DNA of 40,000 nucleotides, taken from assembly GCF_000423665.1 (NCBI RefSeq), contig NZ_AUIK01000001.1:360669-400668 (forward strand). The letters are read 5' to 3'. The position numbers and the translations under genes are program-made. Positions 17,525 to 28,300 of this stretch are shown here, piece by piece. This DNA comes from Solirubrobacter soli DSM 22325 (GTDB taxonomy: Bacteria > Actinomycetota > Thermoleophilia > Solirubrobacterales > Solirubrobacteraceae). The notes under the pieces are model-generated. The model did no database searches. It was given only the letters and a program-made list of their open reading frames with translations, and was not told the DNA's origin. Numbering within the stretch: position 1 is the stretch's first letter; each line of letters starts with the position of its first letter.

Positions 17525-19710
17525 GCGAGAGAGCCCGCGGCGATCTCTCTTTCGACAGCCTCGACGATCCTCGTGCTCCCCTTGAACGCATGACGAATCA
17601 TTGGCCGCTCTGGAGGCCGATGAGCGTCAATGGCGTCAGTGGCAGAATGCTTGGCGCTCCCGATCGCAACCACGAGAAGGTCGACGGAACGAACCATGCT
17701 GACCAGACCCTCCGAGGCGACCTTGTCCTCCCGGTGGACCACATTCAAGCCGGGGTGCCGTCGCGTCAGTCGGTCGCGAGCACGCGCTGCAACCTGTGGA
17801 CTCAACGAATAGATGCCAACGACGCGCCCTTGCCCAACGACAGCGGTTTCATGATCTTCGACCGCCTCTATGGCGTCGAACTCGATGTCCGAGTGCAGTG
17901 CGTCGCTCGTGATCTGCAGGCCTTCACGGACCTCGTCTGGTAGCGCGCGCACACCCAGCGGACCGACACCCGTAACAAACGTGCCGAGAAGCCGCGTCCG
18001 GTCGCCTGGGTGAAACTCGAGCATTTCCATCGTGTCCGCAAACCACGAGGCGTGGCGGCGCGATGCCATCCGTGCCCAGATCATGTCGAGAGCGTCGAGC
18101 ATCTGTCCGTACGCCGTTGCTGTTGGTCCTGCCGCGAGCACCCGCGAGACAAGGTCCCCGGTGAGTTCTAGCCCTGCCGCTTCCCATCCCGGCATCAGCG
18201 CGAGCGACTCGAGCATCGCCATGTGCACGCGTGCGACGCTAGAAGCAGGGGCATCACTGCGATCAAGCCACGACAGGAACGCCGGAAGCCCTGCCAGCAA
18301 CACGCCGCTGGCCGAACTGTCGGCGAGTTCTGCGATGAGCGCGATGGTCTCGTCGAACGCCTTAGTGTCGGCAGCATCGCGGGCGTCGAACTCGAGCTCA
18401 CCACATTCAGCAACGGCCTCTGCCGTCGACCATTGGGGGTCGCCGGCGAGTCGGGCAAACCAATCTCGCCACGTTCGAGGTGGCGGAGGATCAGTCGCCG
18501 CCCCGACGAGCGACTCGAGGGCGTCGAGAGCGTCGCGCACGACGCGGCGCTGACATGCGAGGTGGCGGGCCCGTTCGTCCAACCGGCGCCAGTACGCGAT
18601 CGCGCGAGTTGCCGCCTCGAGCGTTCCCAACTCGTAAGCAGCAAGGAGAATCACGTCCGCGAGGTCGTGGCTGTTCGGCGATTCGACGGCTTCGGCCAGC
18701 GCGATGTCATACGACCCCTGCTCAAACGCCGACAGCGGCGATTCCCGAACCGTTTCGGTTTGACTCGCGTACTGTCTCGCGAGCGCGTCGACCCAAAGCT
18801 TGTCCTCGGCGCTCTCGAGCCACTCTGACATCGCGAGTACTTGGGCACCGTTTTGCCCGACCACGAGAGCGTGGAGCGCGTGGAGCTTTAGAAAGGCTGG
18901 AGAACGCAGCGGCCCGCGCACGCGGGCGAGGTCATCCAACACGTCGCGACGGCGAACATATTCGCTGATGGCCCCAGGGACATCTCCGGCAACTTGAAAC
19001 GGGTCGAAGTAAACATGCTGTGCCGCCGCGGCAAGGGCCTCAGTTACTCGCCAGGGTCGGCGAATCCGACAGAGGTCGTCAAAGTCCGGGTGTGCGGCCA
19101 GTTCGCGCCACCGACTTTGCGCTCCCAGCGCGAGGACCTCGATAAACCGGACGTTTTCAACGCTGATCGACCCGCGCTGGCGAAGATCCTGAAGCAACTC
19201 GAGAGCGAGATGCCCGTCGCCGGCGGCCAAGCTCAGATCGATCTCTCGCAGGATGGCCGTCGTTCCGTGCGGCATCCCCACTCGCGGCGCGGGTCGCTCT
19301 GCCCAGAGCGCCAGCAGGCGCTGAAGCGGCGTCCAGAGCGCTTCGAACTCATTCTGGTTCTCAGTAAAGAACCGGACGTACCGACCGTCGGTGGTCTTAC
19401 GGACGAGGGACTCGATCGCGTCTGTTTCCGCTTCAGGGGCATCGTGAGGCACGATCCAACGCGCGTAGGTTGGCCCGATCGATCCCTTCACGTCCTCCGT
19501 TGCGCGACGGAACCCATCGTCGTCAAACGCCAGCAGGTACCAGATCACCCGCTTGGAATCGAGAAGCATTCGCGGAAGCACCGCTGGACGTCGGAACTCC
19601 TCATCGAACGCGTTGACCAAGGCACGAAGCCGAGGTCGGCTATCGACCTCTCGCCGCCCGAGGCGATTCCCTTCGCCGAAGAACGCGTCCAGAAACTCTC
19701 GAGATGTCAC
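17521..19710 (-). CDS. dpdD: 729-aa protein, last gene of the restriction operon; DpdD-like by elimination, with a DUF2325-like C-terminal domain
   Basis: The GTG start at 19710 forms a GTGA overlap with the PLD gene. No catalytic motif was recognised in the first ~620 aa. The C-terminal ~100 aa 'VVGIYSLSPQVAARARDRL...NVVHREDKVASEGLVSMVRSVDLLVVAIGSAKHSATDAI' fits the DUF2325 pattern (..h.G......l...i...D.vvv.t...sH.a...). Confidence 0.45.
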   Translation of the reverse strand: MTSREFLDAFFGEGNRLGRREVDSRPRLRALVNAFDEEFRRPAVLPRMLLDSKRVIWYLLAFDDDGFRRATEDVKGSIGPTYARWIVPHDAPEAETDAIESLVRKTTDGRYVRFFTENQNEFEALWTPLQRLLALWAERPAPRVGMPHGTTAILREIDLSLAAGDGHLALELLQDLRQRGSISVENVRFIEVLALGAQSRWRELAAHPDFDDLCRIRRPWRVTEALAAAAQHVYFDPFQVAGDVPGAISEYVRRRDVLDDLARVRGPLRSPAFLKLHALHALVVGQNGAQVLAMSEWLESAEDKLWVDALARQYASQTETVRESPLSAFEQGSYDIALAEAVESPNSHDLADVILLAAYELGTLEAATRAIAYWRRLDERARHLACQRRVVRDALDALESLVGAATDPPPPRTWRDWFARLAGDPQWSTAEAVAECGELEFDARDAADTKAFDETIALIAELADSSASGVLLAGLPAFLSWLDRSDAPASSVARVHMAMLESLALMPGWEAAGLELTGDLVSRVLAAGPTATAYGQMLDALDMIWARMASRRHASWFADTMEMLEFHPGDRTRLLGTFVTGVGPLGVRALPDEVREGLQITSDALHSDIEFDAIEAVEDHETAVVGQGRVVGIYSLSPQVAARARDRLTRRHPGLNVVHREDKVASEGLVSMVRSVDLLVVAIGSAKHSATDAIDAHRPPERPMIRHAFKGSTRIVEAVEREIAAGSLA

Positions 19711-20243
19711 CGGAGACCGCCGTAGCGCGCTCGGATGTTGATTCGGGCTGCTGCGACATCGTCTTCGTCCAGCGACAGCGTCACGTGCTCGTCATTTAGA
19801 CGGACACCACGGACCGTGAAGTTCATCGATCCGCTAAGGAAGAACCCATCGCCCAGCAGACCCTTTTCGTGTTGCTCGTCGCCGCGATCGACGACGATGC
19901 GAACACGATCGGCGGCACCAAGTGCCAGTGATGACGCTTCGAGTCGCCGATGGAAAGCGTCGTTGTGCCCATCTGCGCGGGTTGCCACGACGACTTCGGT
20001 CCCCCGCTGGGCAAGGTATGACAGCACCTCGGTCAGCCTCAGGCGGCGGTGCGGCCACAGCGGCTCGATCCCACGAAATGAGGATGAGCGATTGTCGATC
20101 ACTTCGAGGTCGGTGACCCAAGGAGAGATGAGCCACAGGGCGCTCGACGGAGCAAGAGCCTCAATTACGAACAGGTTCTGCAGAACGGTTTCGACTTCAC
20201 GTTCGGATCTACCGCCCCCTTTGAAGATCCGCCGCCGTGTCAT
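19707..20243 (-). CDS. dpdK: DpdK-like phospholipase-D-family (single HKD) nuclease
   Basis: 178 aa with an ATG at 20243 (ATGA overlap). The HKD motif 'HEKGLLGDGFFLSGSMNFT' fits HxKx4Dx6GSxN. Confidence 0.85.
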   Translation of the reverse strand: MTRRRIFKGGGRSEREVETVLQNLFVIEALAPSSALWLISPWVTDLEVIDNRSSSFRGIEPLWPHRRLRLTEVLSYLAQRGTEVVVATRADGHNDAFHRRLEASSLALGAADRVRIVVDRGDEQHEKGLLGDGFFLSGSMNFTVRGVRLNDEHVTLSLDEDDVAAARINIRARYGGLR

Positions 20244-23200
20244 CGCGCTAGATCAAGGCTGAGACCGACTTCGATCGAGTCGCCCACGCGGCGCACGGTG
20301 CGGATGCGAGCGTGGTCGAGCAAGCCTCCGGTCTCCACCGAAGATGCGGTGGCCAGCAAAAGGTCTTGCCTGAGTTCGCGAGCTTGATCAGCACCGCCCT
20401 GCAGGACAACTGCCCCGCCAGATGCGAGCCGGCCGACTGGGTCGAACAGTTCGCTCACGTCCCCCGCCTGGACGGGAGCTGTCTGCGGTGGCAGTTGGGA
20501 GTTCACCAGTGCCGCGTCGACTGGCGGAACGTCTGAAAATCGGTTGCTGAGCGGAAGGCTGCTCCGTCGTGCCGCGGCGCCGCGAGGCCACAGTAGGCCC
20601 TGCACCTGGCTAGCACGCCACCGTCGGAGGCGATCGGTCGGATACACCCCGCCGAGCAATTGATCGACACCTTCGTCGTCGGCGTACAGTCGGGAGAACG
20701 CAGCGAGTTCGAGTTCGATGTCAAGCTCAGCCTCGGTCTCGTCCCACTCGCGGAGCAGTCGGGCCGTCAGGGCATCTGTGTGCTCGCCCGCACCAGGCCG
20801 CAAGAAGCGGGCACTGACGGCAGCGACAACGGGGTGACACACGAACACGCCACGCTCTCGAGCGAGTTCGAGCATCAATTGAAACGCGTTCTCGCGCGAC
20901 ATGTGGTCATCAGCGCGGCGAACGGCCGTCATGGCATCGGCGAAGTCAGCGTCGAGATCGAGAAGCTCCGTGACACGGCCCATTTCCCACGCCACGGACT
21001 CCTGCGTTCCTGGGGAGAGTCCGGCCAGGGTCAAGTCGACGAATGCCGAAGGGTCGTCCACGAGTCGTTCCGCTGCGGCCTGAAGGAGGCCGCTACCGCC
21101 GATGGTCGTTTCTACTAGCCAAATGCGCACCGCGCCGTCCCCACGAGCCTCGAACTCCGGGACGACTTCCTCCGCGTCGAACTCGGGACAAAGGTCTTGG
21201 ATGGCTCGGTGCAGCAGCGCGGCCACCGTGGCCGTCCAACGAGCCGCCAACCATGGCTGCCAGTCGTCAGGCCGCTCACCGAATACCGCGATCGCGTTGG
21301 TCACCACGTCGCGAACACCAGCGTCCTTGAGCGCATCCGAAATTCGCTTCCGAGTGTGTTTGCCCGTCTCCGCATCCTCCGGGGCACTGTCCAGGATTCG
21401 TCCGACCTCGTCCAGGATCTCGTCACCGACCATCTCGAATGCCGTCCTGAGGTCGAGCTTGTGCGCTACGGCCTTCTGGGTCAGCGAAGCTTGGACCGCG
21501 GCAGCCAGTCGCTCTCGATCGAACCGTCCAAGATGGAGGTCCAGTTCCGGAGAGTCTTCGAGAGCAGCGCGGAATCGCTCCGATCTGAGACTCCGAACGA
21601 ATTCGTCGCGGAGATTCACGAAGCGTTCCGGAGGGCTCACATCGATCGATAGCGCGTCGACTGTCGCGTCAAACCCGAGCGCGGCCGGCACGCCGCCGTC
21701 ACGGAACTCAATTCGGCCACGACGGCTTGCAGTTCCCACGCGTAGATCGACCTCCGCCGATGCCGCCCATCGGCGAACCGTCACCGGGCGCCGGTCGGCG
21801 TGTAGATGCCAACACAGATCTCCGGCGCCCGGAATTCGATCACACAGCGAGACATCTCCGCGGCGACCGCTCGTACTTGAACGGATCTCTGATCTCCAGA
21901 TAAGGCGGCCGTGACTACTGCTCAAGGTGTTCTGCGGTGGCTGAACCACACGCAATCCGGTCGGACGGATAACTCGAGTTGCCGCTCCGCCACCAATCGC
22001 ATCCTCGAGTCGCTCATACGACTCACAAAACGTCGATAGGTCGAGGAAACCGACCCCACTCTCGAGCTCGGGCGGAGCGACCCAATGGCGCGCGAACCTA
22101 TTGCCGACGGTCAGACGATGCGAGACCCGCCCTGGAGCATATGCCGTCAAGCTCAAGACGATCGGAAGGTCGGTGCGCTGCTCATCGTCGCCGCGGTTCT
22201 GGCCCGGAGAGATGATCGTGACTTCAGGCAACTGAAGGTCGCCGAATAGACGGCTAACTACGAACTCGGGGAGGGGGCCGTCGGCGACCACCTCGGTTCC
22301 CGGTGGTTCCAGCGTTGTCCAATCGCTCTCGAGTCTTCGAACGGCAGTGGGGATCACCGACGTCAACAGAGGTCGCGGAGGGTCCCAAAGGATCGCATCA
22401 ACCGTGGCGGCATCCAGGCCGAGTGAGCGTTCAATACATGTTCTCAACTGGTCCCGCACGCGGTTGTCGTCGAGAATTCGATGAAGCCACTGGAGCACGC
22501 CATCTCTGTGGCGTCTGACGGCATCGCGAGCGTCTGGAGGGGTGGGTCGCTGAAGAACCGACCAAGTGTTCTCGCGCGTCCCGGCCTTCTCCGTCAGCCA
22601 GTCGATCAGCGCGAATACAGCCTGCATGCGCACGATGGTTGGGCTATTCACGGGGAGATTCCGCGCCCCGAGTGTGGGGTCGAATAATTCCTCGTACCGC
22701 TGGTAGGCGATGCGATCTCTCCCCCCATCCGCAAGCGTGACGATGGTCCAAGGCCGCATCTCTCGCGTGCGTCCGGCGCGGCCTCTCCTCTGGAGGAACG
22801 CTGCCGCACCGCGGGGAGACTTGTGCTGGAGCACTCCACCCACGCGATCGTCGTCAAAGCCGACTTCCAGGGAAGCAGTCGCTGCAATCACCGACGCATT
22901 GCGATCAACCCCGGCATCCTGCGACGTCGTCCGCCCCACGCCGACGCGAAAATCGCCCTCGAGTCGATGACCGAGCGTGGCGAGCGATTCCCAGCTTTGC
23001 CCGGCAGCACGCCGGTTCGCCAAGTCGTCGTGTGGTTTTCGCAGGAATGCGAGCGGCAAGCGTTCCTGCGGGCGCCCGTACGAGTCGAGTCCCTCGGCGT
23101 CAAGGAGGTCGAAATAGAGTCGGTTGACGACATCGAGGTCGTCGGTGAACGCGAACAGCCTTTGGCCGAACGCGCCCTCGCTAACGCTCCGATCAATCGG

Positions 23201-24607
23201 ATCAAGTACCCGCTGAAACAGCATGGAGGTCTGGATAGAGGTCGACAACACACTGGTCCCGGAGGTTGGGTCCGCCCGCAACGCGAGCAGGTACTCCTGT
23301 CCTTCGGACACGACGTCTTCAGATCGCGGCTCGATGCTCGTGATCTGCGTCTCGTGCAGTCCTGTAAGAGCCGCGAAGAACCCGGCCGGATCGCGAAGGG
23401 TTGCCGAGAGCCCAACGAAATGCACCGGACGGCCACGAGCGCGTCGCCAGCGGCGGAGCACGTGAGCTACATGCGCACCAGCACTGCCTTCGTAGGTGTG
23501 CACTTCGTCCAGGAGCATGAGTTGCACCGGTTCGGCTCGCGGCCCCACTCCAACCAGGCGTCGTAAGAAGCCGTCGCCAAGAGCTCTGTTGAGCATCTCG
23601 GTCGTCGTGAAAAGAATGTCGACCGGGCGACTATCCAGCGACCGGCGAGTCAGAGCCAACTCGTCGTCGACGACGTGGCGGCACCGCCGGCAGTGCAGCA
23701 CCTCGCGCTCATTGGTCCGATCCTCATCTTTCCACAGGAGATCGCCCTCATCACACGCCGGACAGCGCATGTAAGGGCAGACCCGGCCTCCCGACGTGGT
23801 CCGCCACGATTCGCGAAGCCATCGGCCTGTCGGAGGGGTTGCGCCGTAGAGCGTGCCGACACGGATCTTGCGCTTGGAGGAATCGAGCCGTCGCGCCTCG
23901 GCGAACGTCGACGCCAACTGATCGCGGAGCAACTCGATGCGCGGATAGACCGCGAGCACCCTGGTACCCCCGCGACTCGCGGACAGCATGCTTAGCGCCG
24001 GAAGATAGAATGCAAGCGTCTTGCCGGCACCGGTACCTGCTCCAACGATCGTGCCCGCTGCTGAGGACGCGCGAAGTCCTTCGAAAACCGCGCGAGCGCT
24101 CTCAGCCTGAAACCTGGAAAGTCGAAAGCCCTCGCCGCGATCCGACAGGAGGCGTTCCGCGCCTGCCAACCACGGCGAATCGATGCCAGCGTCGCTCAGG
24201 CTTTCCAGGACATCGTCGACGAGAACGTCCCGGCGCGGGTACCTGCGCGGTCGAATCGCCAGCCGATAGTCGGCGACGAGCGTGGGAGCCGAAAGCCAAG
24301 CCGAGCCATGCGCGTGCTGGGGAAACATCTGTCTGAGACGAGATGCCAACCGGACGGCCTCGGCCATTCTCGTTCGGTACGTCGTATGGGTTCCGGTGTC
24401 AACGGCGAGCACGAGCCCGCGGCGCTCGAGGTCTGCAATCAGAGACTCGCCTGTAGCTGTGCCGGAACGATCGTGTTCGAGAGCCCACGAGTCAGCGCGC
24501 GACAGCAGCTCGGCACGCTGATGTCCGACGTCCACGTATCCCCAACACAGGAGCCGCGCCTCGATGCCCTCCAACACGCCAAGGAACTCAAGTGCGAGGT
24601 CGGTCAT
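20240..24607 (-). CDS. dpdJ: DpdJ-like large DEVH-box superfamily-2 helicase with Zn-ribbon insertion
   Basis: 1455 aa from the ATG at 24607 (ATGA overlap with the upstream stop); the track ORF extends to 24715. Motif I is 'GAGTGAGKTLAFYLPAL', motif II 'LMLLDEVHTY', motif III 'GLSATL' and motif VI 'FLQRRGRAGR'. The Cys cluster is 'CPYMRCPACDEG...HCRRCRH'. Confidence 0.8.
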   Translation of the reverse strand: MTDLALEFLGVLEGIEARLLCWGYVDVGHQRAELLSRADSWALEHDRSGTATGESLIADLERRGLVLAVDTGTHTTYRTRMAEAVRLASRLRQMFPQHAHGSAWLSAPTLVADYRLAIRPRRYPRRDVLVDDVLESLSDAGIDSPWLAGAERLLSDRGEGFRLSRFQAESARAVFEGLRASSAAGTIVGAGTGAGKTLAFYLPALSMLSASRGGTRVLAVYPRIELLRDQLASTFAEARRLDSSKRKIRVGTLYGATPPTGRWLRESWRTTSGGRVCPYMRCPACDEGDLLWKDEDRTNEREVLHCRRCRHVVDDELALTRRSLDSRPVDILFTTTEMLNRALGDGFLRRLVGVGPRAEPVQLMLLDEVHTYEGSAGAHVAHVLRRWRRARGRPVHFVGLSATLRDPAGFFAALTGLHETQITSIEPRSEDVVSEGQEYLLALRADPTSGTSVLSTSIQTSMLFQRVLDPIDRSVSEGAFGQRLFAFTDDLDVVNRLYFDLLDAEGLDSYGRPQERLPLAFLRKPHDDLANRRAAGQSWESLATLGHRLEGDFRVGVGRTTSQDAGVDRNASVIAATASLEVGFDDDRVGGVLQHKSPRGAAAFLQRRGRAGRTREMRPWTIVTLADGGRDRIAYQRYEELFDPTLGARNLPVNSPTIVRMQAVFALIDWLTEKAGTRENTWSVLQRPTPPDARDAVRRHRDGVLQWLHRILDDNRVRDQLRTCIERSLGLDAATVDAILWDPPRPLLTSVIPTAVRRLESDWTTLEPPGTEVVADGPLPEFVVSRLFGDLQLPEVTIISPGQNRGDDEQRTDLPIVLSLTAYAPGRVSHRLTVGNRFARHWVAPPELESGVGFLDLSTFCESYERLEDAIGGGAATRVIRPTGLRVVQPPQNTLSSSHGRLIWRSEIRSSTSGRRGDVSLCDRIPGAGDLCWHLHADRRPVTVRRWAASAEVDLRVGTASRRGRIEFRDGGVPAALGFDATVDALSIDVSPPERFVNLRDEFVRSLRSERFRAALEDSPELDLHLGRFDRERLAAAVQASLTQKAVAHKLDLRTAFEMVGDEILDEVGRILDSAPEDAETGKHTRKRISDALKDAGVRDVVTNAIAVFGERPDDWQPWLAARWTATVAALLHRAIQDLCPEFDAEEVVPEFEARGDGAVRIWLVETTIGGSGLLQAAAERLVDDPSAFVDLTLAGLSPGTQESVAWEMGRVTELLDLDADFADAMTAVRRADDHMSRENAFQLMLELARERGVFVCHPVVAAVSARFLRPGAGEHTDALTARLLREWDETEAELDIELELAAFSRLYADDEGVDQLLGGVYPTDRLRRWRASQVQGLLWPRGAAARRSSLPLSNRFSDVPPVDAALVNSQLPPQTAPVQAGDVSELFDPVGRLASGGAVVLQGGADQARELRQDLLLATASSVETGGLLDHARIRTVRRVGDSIEVGLSLDLAR

Positions 24608-25323
24608 CGGTACGTCAGGCCTATTCGGGCGTGATGCCCCTCGCGCTTCAGCCAGGTGTGGAAGTCCGGGTCGAGGCCATCGAGCGTCAAGCGTCCGGCG
24701 AGCAGGTCTTCCCACTGTCGTCGATGCTCCTCCGGGACGGCGCTCCGCTTGATTTCCTCTTCGAGGACTCCCAGTCGATCGCAGATCCGAATCAAAGCCA
24801 GTAGCGACTCCGACGAGGTGACTGACTCCCTGGCTGTCTTGTACTGCACCTCGAGTCGACTGTATTCGTCGCGACGCGCGTCAAACGGCGCCAGCAGACG
24901 GGTGACGCCAGACCTAGGCCGCGGGAGCCGATCCAGCAAACGCTCTACCGCGGTGTCGCGCACTTCATCGCCGATGCGCTGCACGGCCACGAGGCTCTCT
25001 TTGCAGGCCTTCCACGTCGAACTGCCCCGCACGTGCGTAGGGGCTCGAAGGAGTTCCGACCGGAACCTGGCGACCGCGGCTGACGCCGTTCCAAGCGCCG
25101 AGATCAGCGATTCACGCTCGGCATCGAGCAACTCGAGTTCTGGCGTCTCGAGGCACAGATGCGCACGTTCCAACCGCTCAGGGTGCGCAACGATCTCGTC
25201 TCGCATCACTGCGAATGCTCGTTGTTGCTCGGCGTCCTTCTTCGAGATGCCAGCTCGCTCGATGGCCGAGCGAGCCGCTTGAGCAAGTACGAGAAGCTCA
25301 GATGGGCTCCCCGCCGCGGTCAC
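24604..25323 (-). CDS. dpdI: DpdI-like hypothetical protein (239 aa, helical)
   Basis: The GTG start at 25323 forms a GTGA overlap. No recognisable motif was found. The assignment rests on size and position between the P-loop ATPase and the DEVH helicase. Confidence 0.5.
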   Translation of the reverse strand: MTAAGSPSELLVLAQAARSAIERAGISKKDAEQQRAFAVMRDEIVAHPERLERAHLCLETPELELLDAERESLISALGTASAAVARFRSELLRAPTHVRGSSTWKACKESLVAVQRIGDEVRDTAVERLLDRLPRPRSGVTRLLAPFDARRDEYSRLEVQYKTARESVTSSESLLALIRICDRLGVLEEEIKRSAVPEEHRRQWEDLLAGRLTLDGLDPDFHTWLKREGHHARIGLTYR

Positions 25324-28300
25324 CGCTGCACGTTCCTAACGAGGTCTGCGAGGCGCTGCTCCAATCGTTCCAGTGATCCCTCGAGTTCGTCGAGCGGGGT
25401 CAACGACGCCGGTTCGTCGCTGACCGCTGCAAGCGCCCGCTCACGGGCGCGACTCAATTCGGTCGCGAACCGCTCAGCGTAAGTCCGGATCGGGGCGAGT
25501 CGCGCCCACGGGACAGTTCCCACGCGACGCGCCCGTTCAATGGAGTCCATCGCACTCCACGACGCTAGGAGCGACCCGATGTTGTCGAGCGCGGCTGTGA
25601 CATCGCGCGGCGCGGGCATCTCTTCGACCACACGACCAAGGTTCATCGGGTAGGAGTCGGCCCGAAGATCCGCATCGGCCTGGGCGAGCGCTCGCGCCGT
25701 GGTTGGCCACGCGCCCGGATCACCTAACGCGGGACGGACGACGGCATGCCACGCGAAAAGTTGGTCATGCGCAGTGTCCAGCGCAGGCGACAGTCGGCTT
25801 TCGAGCAGGAGACGAACGTCACGGTATGCCGGATCGCCATCGGACTCGGGCAAGCCCGTCGTGGAGTTCGTCTGCTGAAGCAACTTGATTACGTCATTCG
25901 TCGACAATCCAAGTTCGCCCCCTCGGTCCCCCTGACGAACTTGGCTGTACGATGTCACGGTGCTGCGCAAAGACGCGCGCCGTTCCTCAAGGCGCGTGAC
26001 CAGGACCTGCCATTCCTCCGGGCCATGCGTTCGGGTGCCTTCCTTGGTCGAGAAGATCGCTGTGAGTCGACCGTCCGCAGTGCGAGCGTCTCCCAGTCCG
26101 AGCACCAGACCGCTGAGGTAAAGCGCTTGAAGGGCGTGTTCACGCTGCGGCCTCTCGAGTAGTGATCGCTGCTGAAGATGGCGAGCGAGCAAGGCCGCCT
26201 GAGTGCTCGCGAAATGGGTCAACGCAGCGAGATGGTCAGTAGCGCCTGGGTATGACCATCGAGAACGCTTGAGTCTCTCGCCTGCCGGCGCGCGAGGGTC
26301 GTGGGCCCGGAGGATGCCTTCGACGAGGAAGACCCCATCCTCATCGGCATTGATCTCGGCTCGAAACCGTCCCGTTGGACGCGAGGACCCGCCGTGTCCG
26401 GCACGCTCAATTGCGACATCCGTGTCAGGTCGAAACGCGCTGTCGACGACGGCCTTAGACAGCAACCGCGCCTCCGGATCCAGGCACCCGAGAATCGCCT
26501 CACCGACGAATCGCCTCACGACGAGGGCGTGAGTCTCTCCCATACTCGACGTGCCATCACGCCACCGACGTACTGCGTCTCCGATGTCGTCACGAGCGAA
26601 CTTCGTCGCCCTAGAAGTCGTTTCCGCCCCCGTCGGGATCTCAACTTCTGGCTCAACTTCGACGGCGCCGTCAATCGGTGGAACGCCAAATGCCTCGTGA
26701 ATTCCCGGCGCCAGGTTTCCGAGCGTTTCCGGAACGCCACCCCAGAACGTCAAGAGGCGAGCCCGTTGTTCCCCTTTCTGCGTTGCACGAGCTCGGCGAT
26801 CGACGTCAAGGGATAGCGTTGGGAGGGTTCCCTGCTGACCCGACACCGGAAACTCGCGTTCCCACTGCTCGGACGGGAAGCGGCCGTCAGCGATGTCCTG
26901 GCCGTGAGCGCCCAGCGTTAGGTTGAGAACGGCCAGTGCGTCTCGAGCGTTGAATTCACGCCCGCGACTTCTCATCGCCCGGTCCACAGCGATCGCATTG
27001 AACGGATAGAGGCCCCGGCCGTCGTCATCCGTGCCGAATGCGTCGTGACACGTCTCGCGATGCGCGCAGACCTCGCACGCGTTGGGAATCAGCGGGTGGG
27101 CAGATTCGAGATCCGCCTTCGTCACGCGTACGGCGTTGAGGTACCCGCCAACAAACTGTCGAACTCTCGAGGGGTCAAACGCCGCTCTCGTCCCGTCGCT
27201 GTCTCCCGCGATGGCATCGAGGCTGTAGATGTGCCCCTGCGCCGCGATGCGCGTCCGCAGAGTGTCACTTGACGTCAAGACCTGCGCGAAGAACCCGTCA
27301 GTGACAGCCATGACCGTCGTCATAGGAGCGATATCTGCGCGACCGACTCCTCGGGGAATCTCGATCATCGCCTCAAGGAGGTCGAACTGGATGCCCTGCA
27401 GAAGCGTGAAATCCTCGATCATAAGAAGCAAACGTTGTCTTGGATTCTCTTCGAGCAGCAACTGACGAAGGTCGCGCATCACGCGCACGAGTTCCATCGG
27501 CGCGACGCCGAATACCTTGCTGAGCGCCTTGTCCCTATGGTGATTCAAGAGCGCGACCGCCGCGTCAATCACCTGTGGATTCTGAAGTTGTCGCCAGAAA
27601 CGCTTCGCTTGTTCTCCCAAGGCGTCGACCTCAGTCAGCGACAGATCTGGACGGACATCGTCCGGAAGAAACTCGGCTTGAGCGTCGGTCCCGCCCTGTA
27701 CAGCCTCGACGACGATGCGGTTGAACGCGCCTCCGTCGCCGACCACTTTATCCAGATAGCCCGCGTCATGCAGAAGCGCGGGCATCTCCTTGGCCACCCA
27801 GTCACGAACTGCGTCAGTGGGCGGTGACTGGCCGAGCGCGAGGGCGAGTTCGTTCCTGAGTCGGATCGCGCGTTCACGATCGTCCATTGACTCAGACGCC
27901 CTGTGCACTGATTCACGAAGTTCGTCGAAACGTCCGCCGACTCGCCCTTCGAGCAGCAACTCGATCACGCCTGAAAGACTTGTGTCACTCTTGGGAACGT
28001 AAATTATCCGTCGGTCGGGATCGTTCTGACGACGGAGCATCTCGCGCAACCACAGAACCAGATGCGATTTTCCGGAGCCTGACGCGCCGATGATCGGGAC
28101 GATCAAGCTCTCATCGGGTGGATTCTGAACAACATCGAGCAGTTCAGACTGATCCACCATCCCTTGGTCGACAAAACCTCCGAGTCGCGGACGGACGCGG
28201 CGAATTGGGGGCGGTACATGCGTCGCAAGCAGGACTTCCGGTGAAGCCGAAGCCGCCTCACGATCCAGCACTGCCTGGACGGAGATCGAGTCCCAGCAGC

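Noticed and set aside
17490-17560. A search for a bidirectional rho-independent terminator at the convergent junction.
   Set aside because: No GC-rich hairpin followed by a T/A tract is visible, and the stop codons themselves overlap. The same negative result applies after 10896 and after 38086.
24608-24715. Longer starts for the DpdJ-, DpdH- and DpdF-like genes (24715, 28379, 31824).
   Set aside because: Each would create a 24-110-nt overlap with the upstream gene. In-frame ATGs give the same 1- or 4-nt coupling seen at every other junction, and the extra residues are Arg/Pro-rich.
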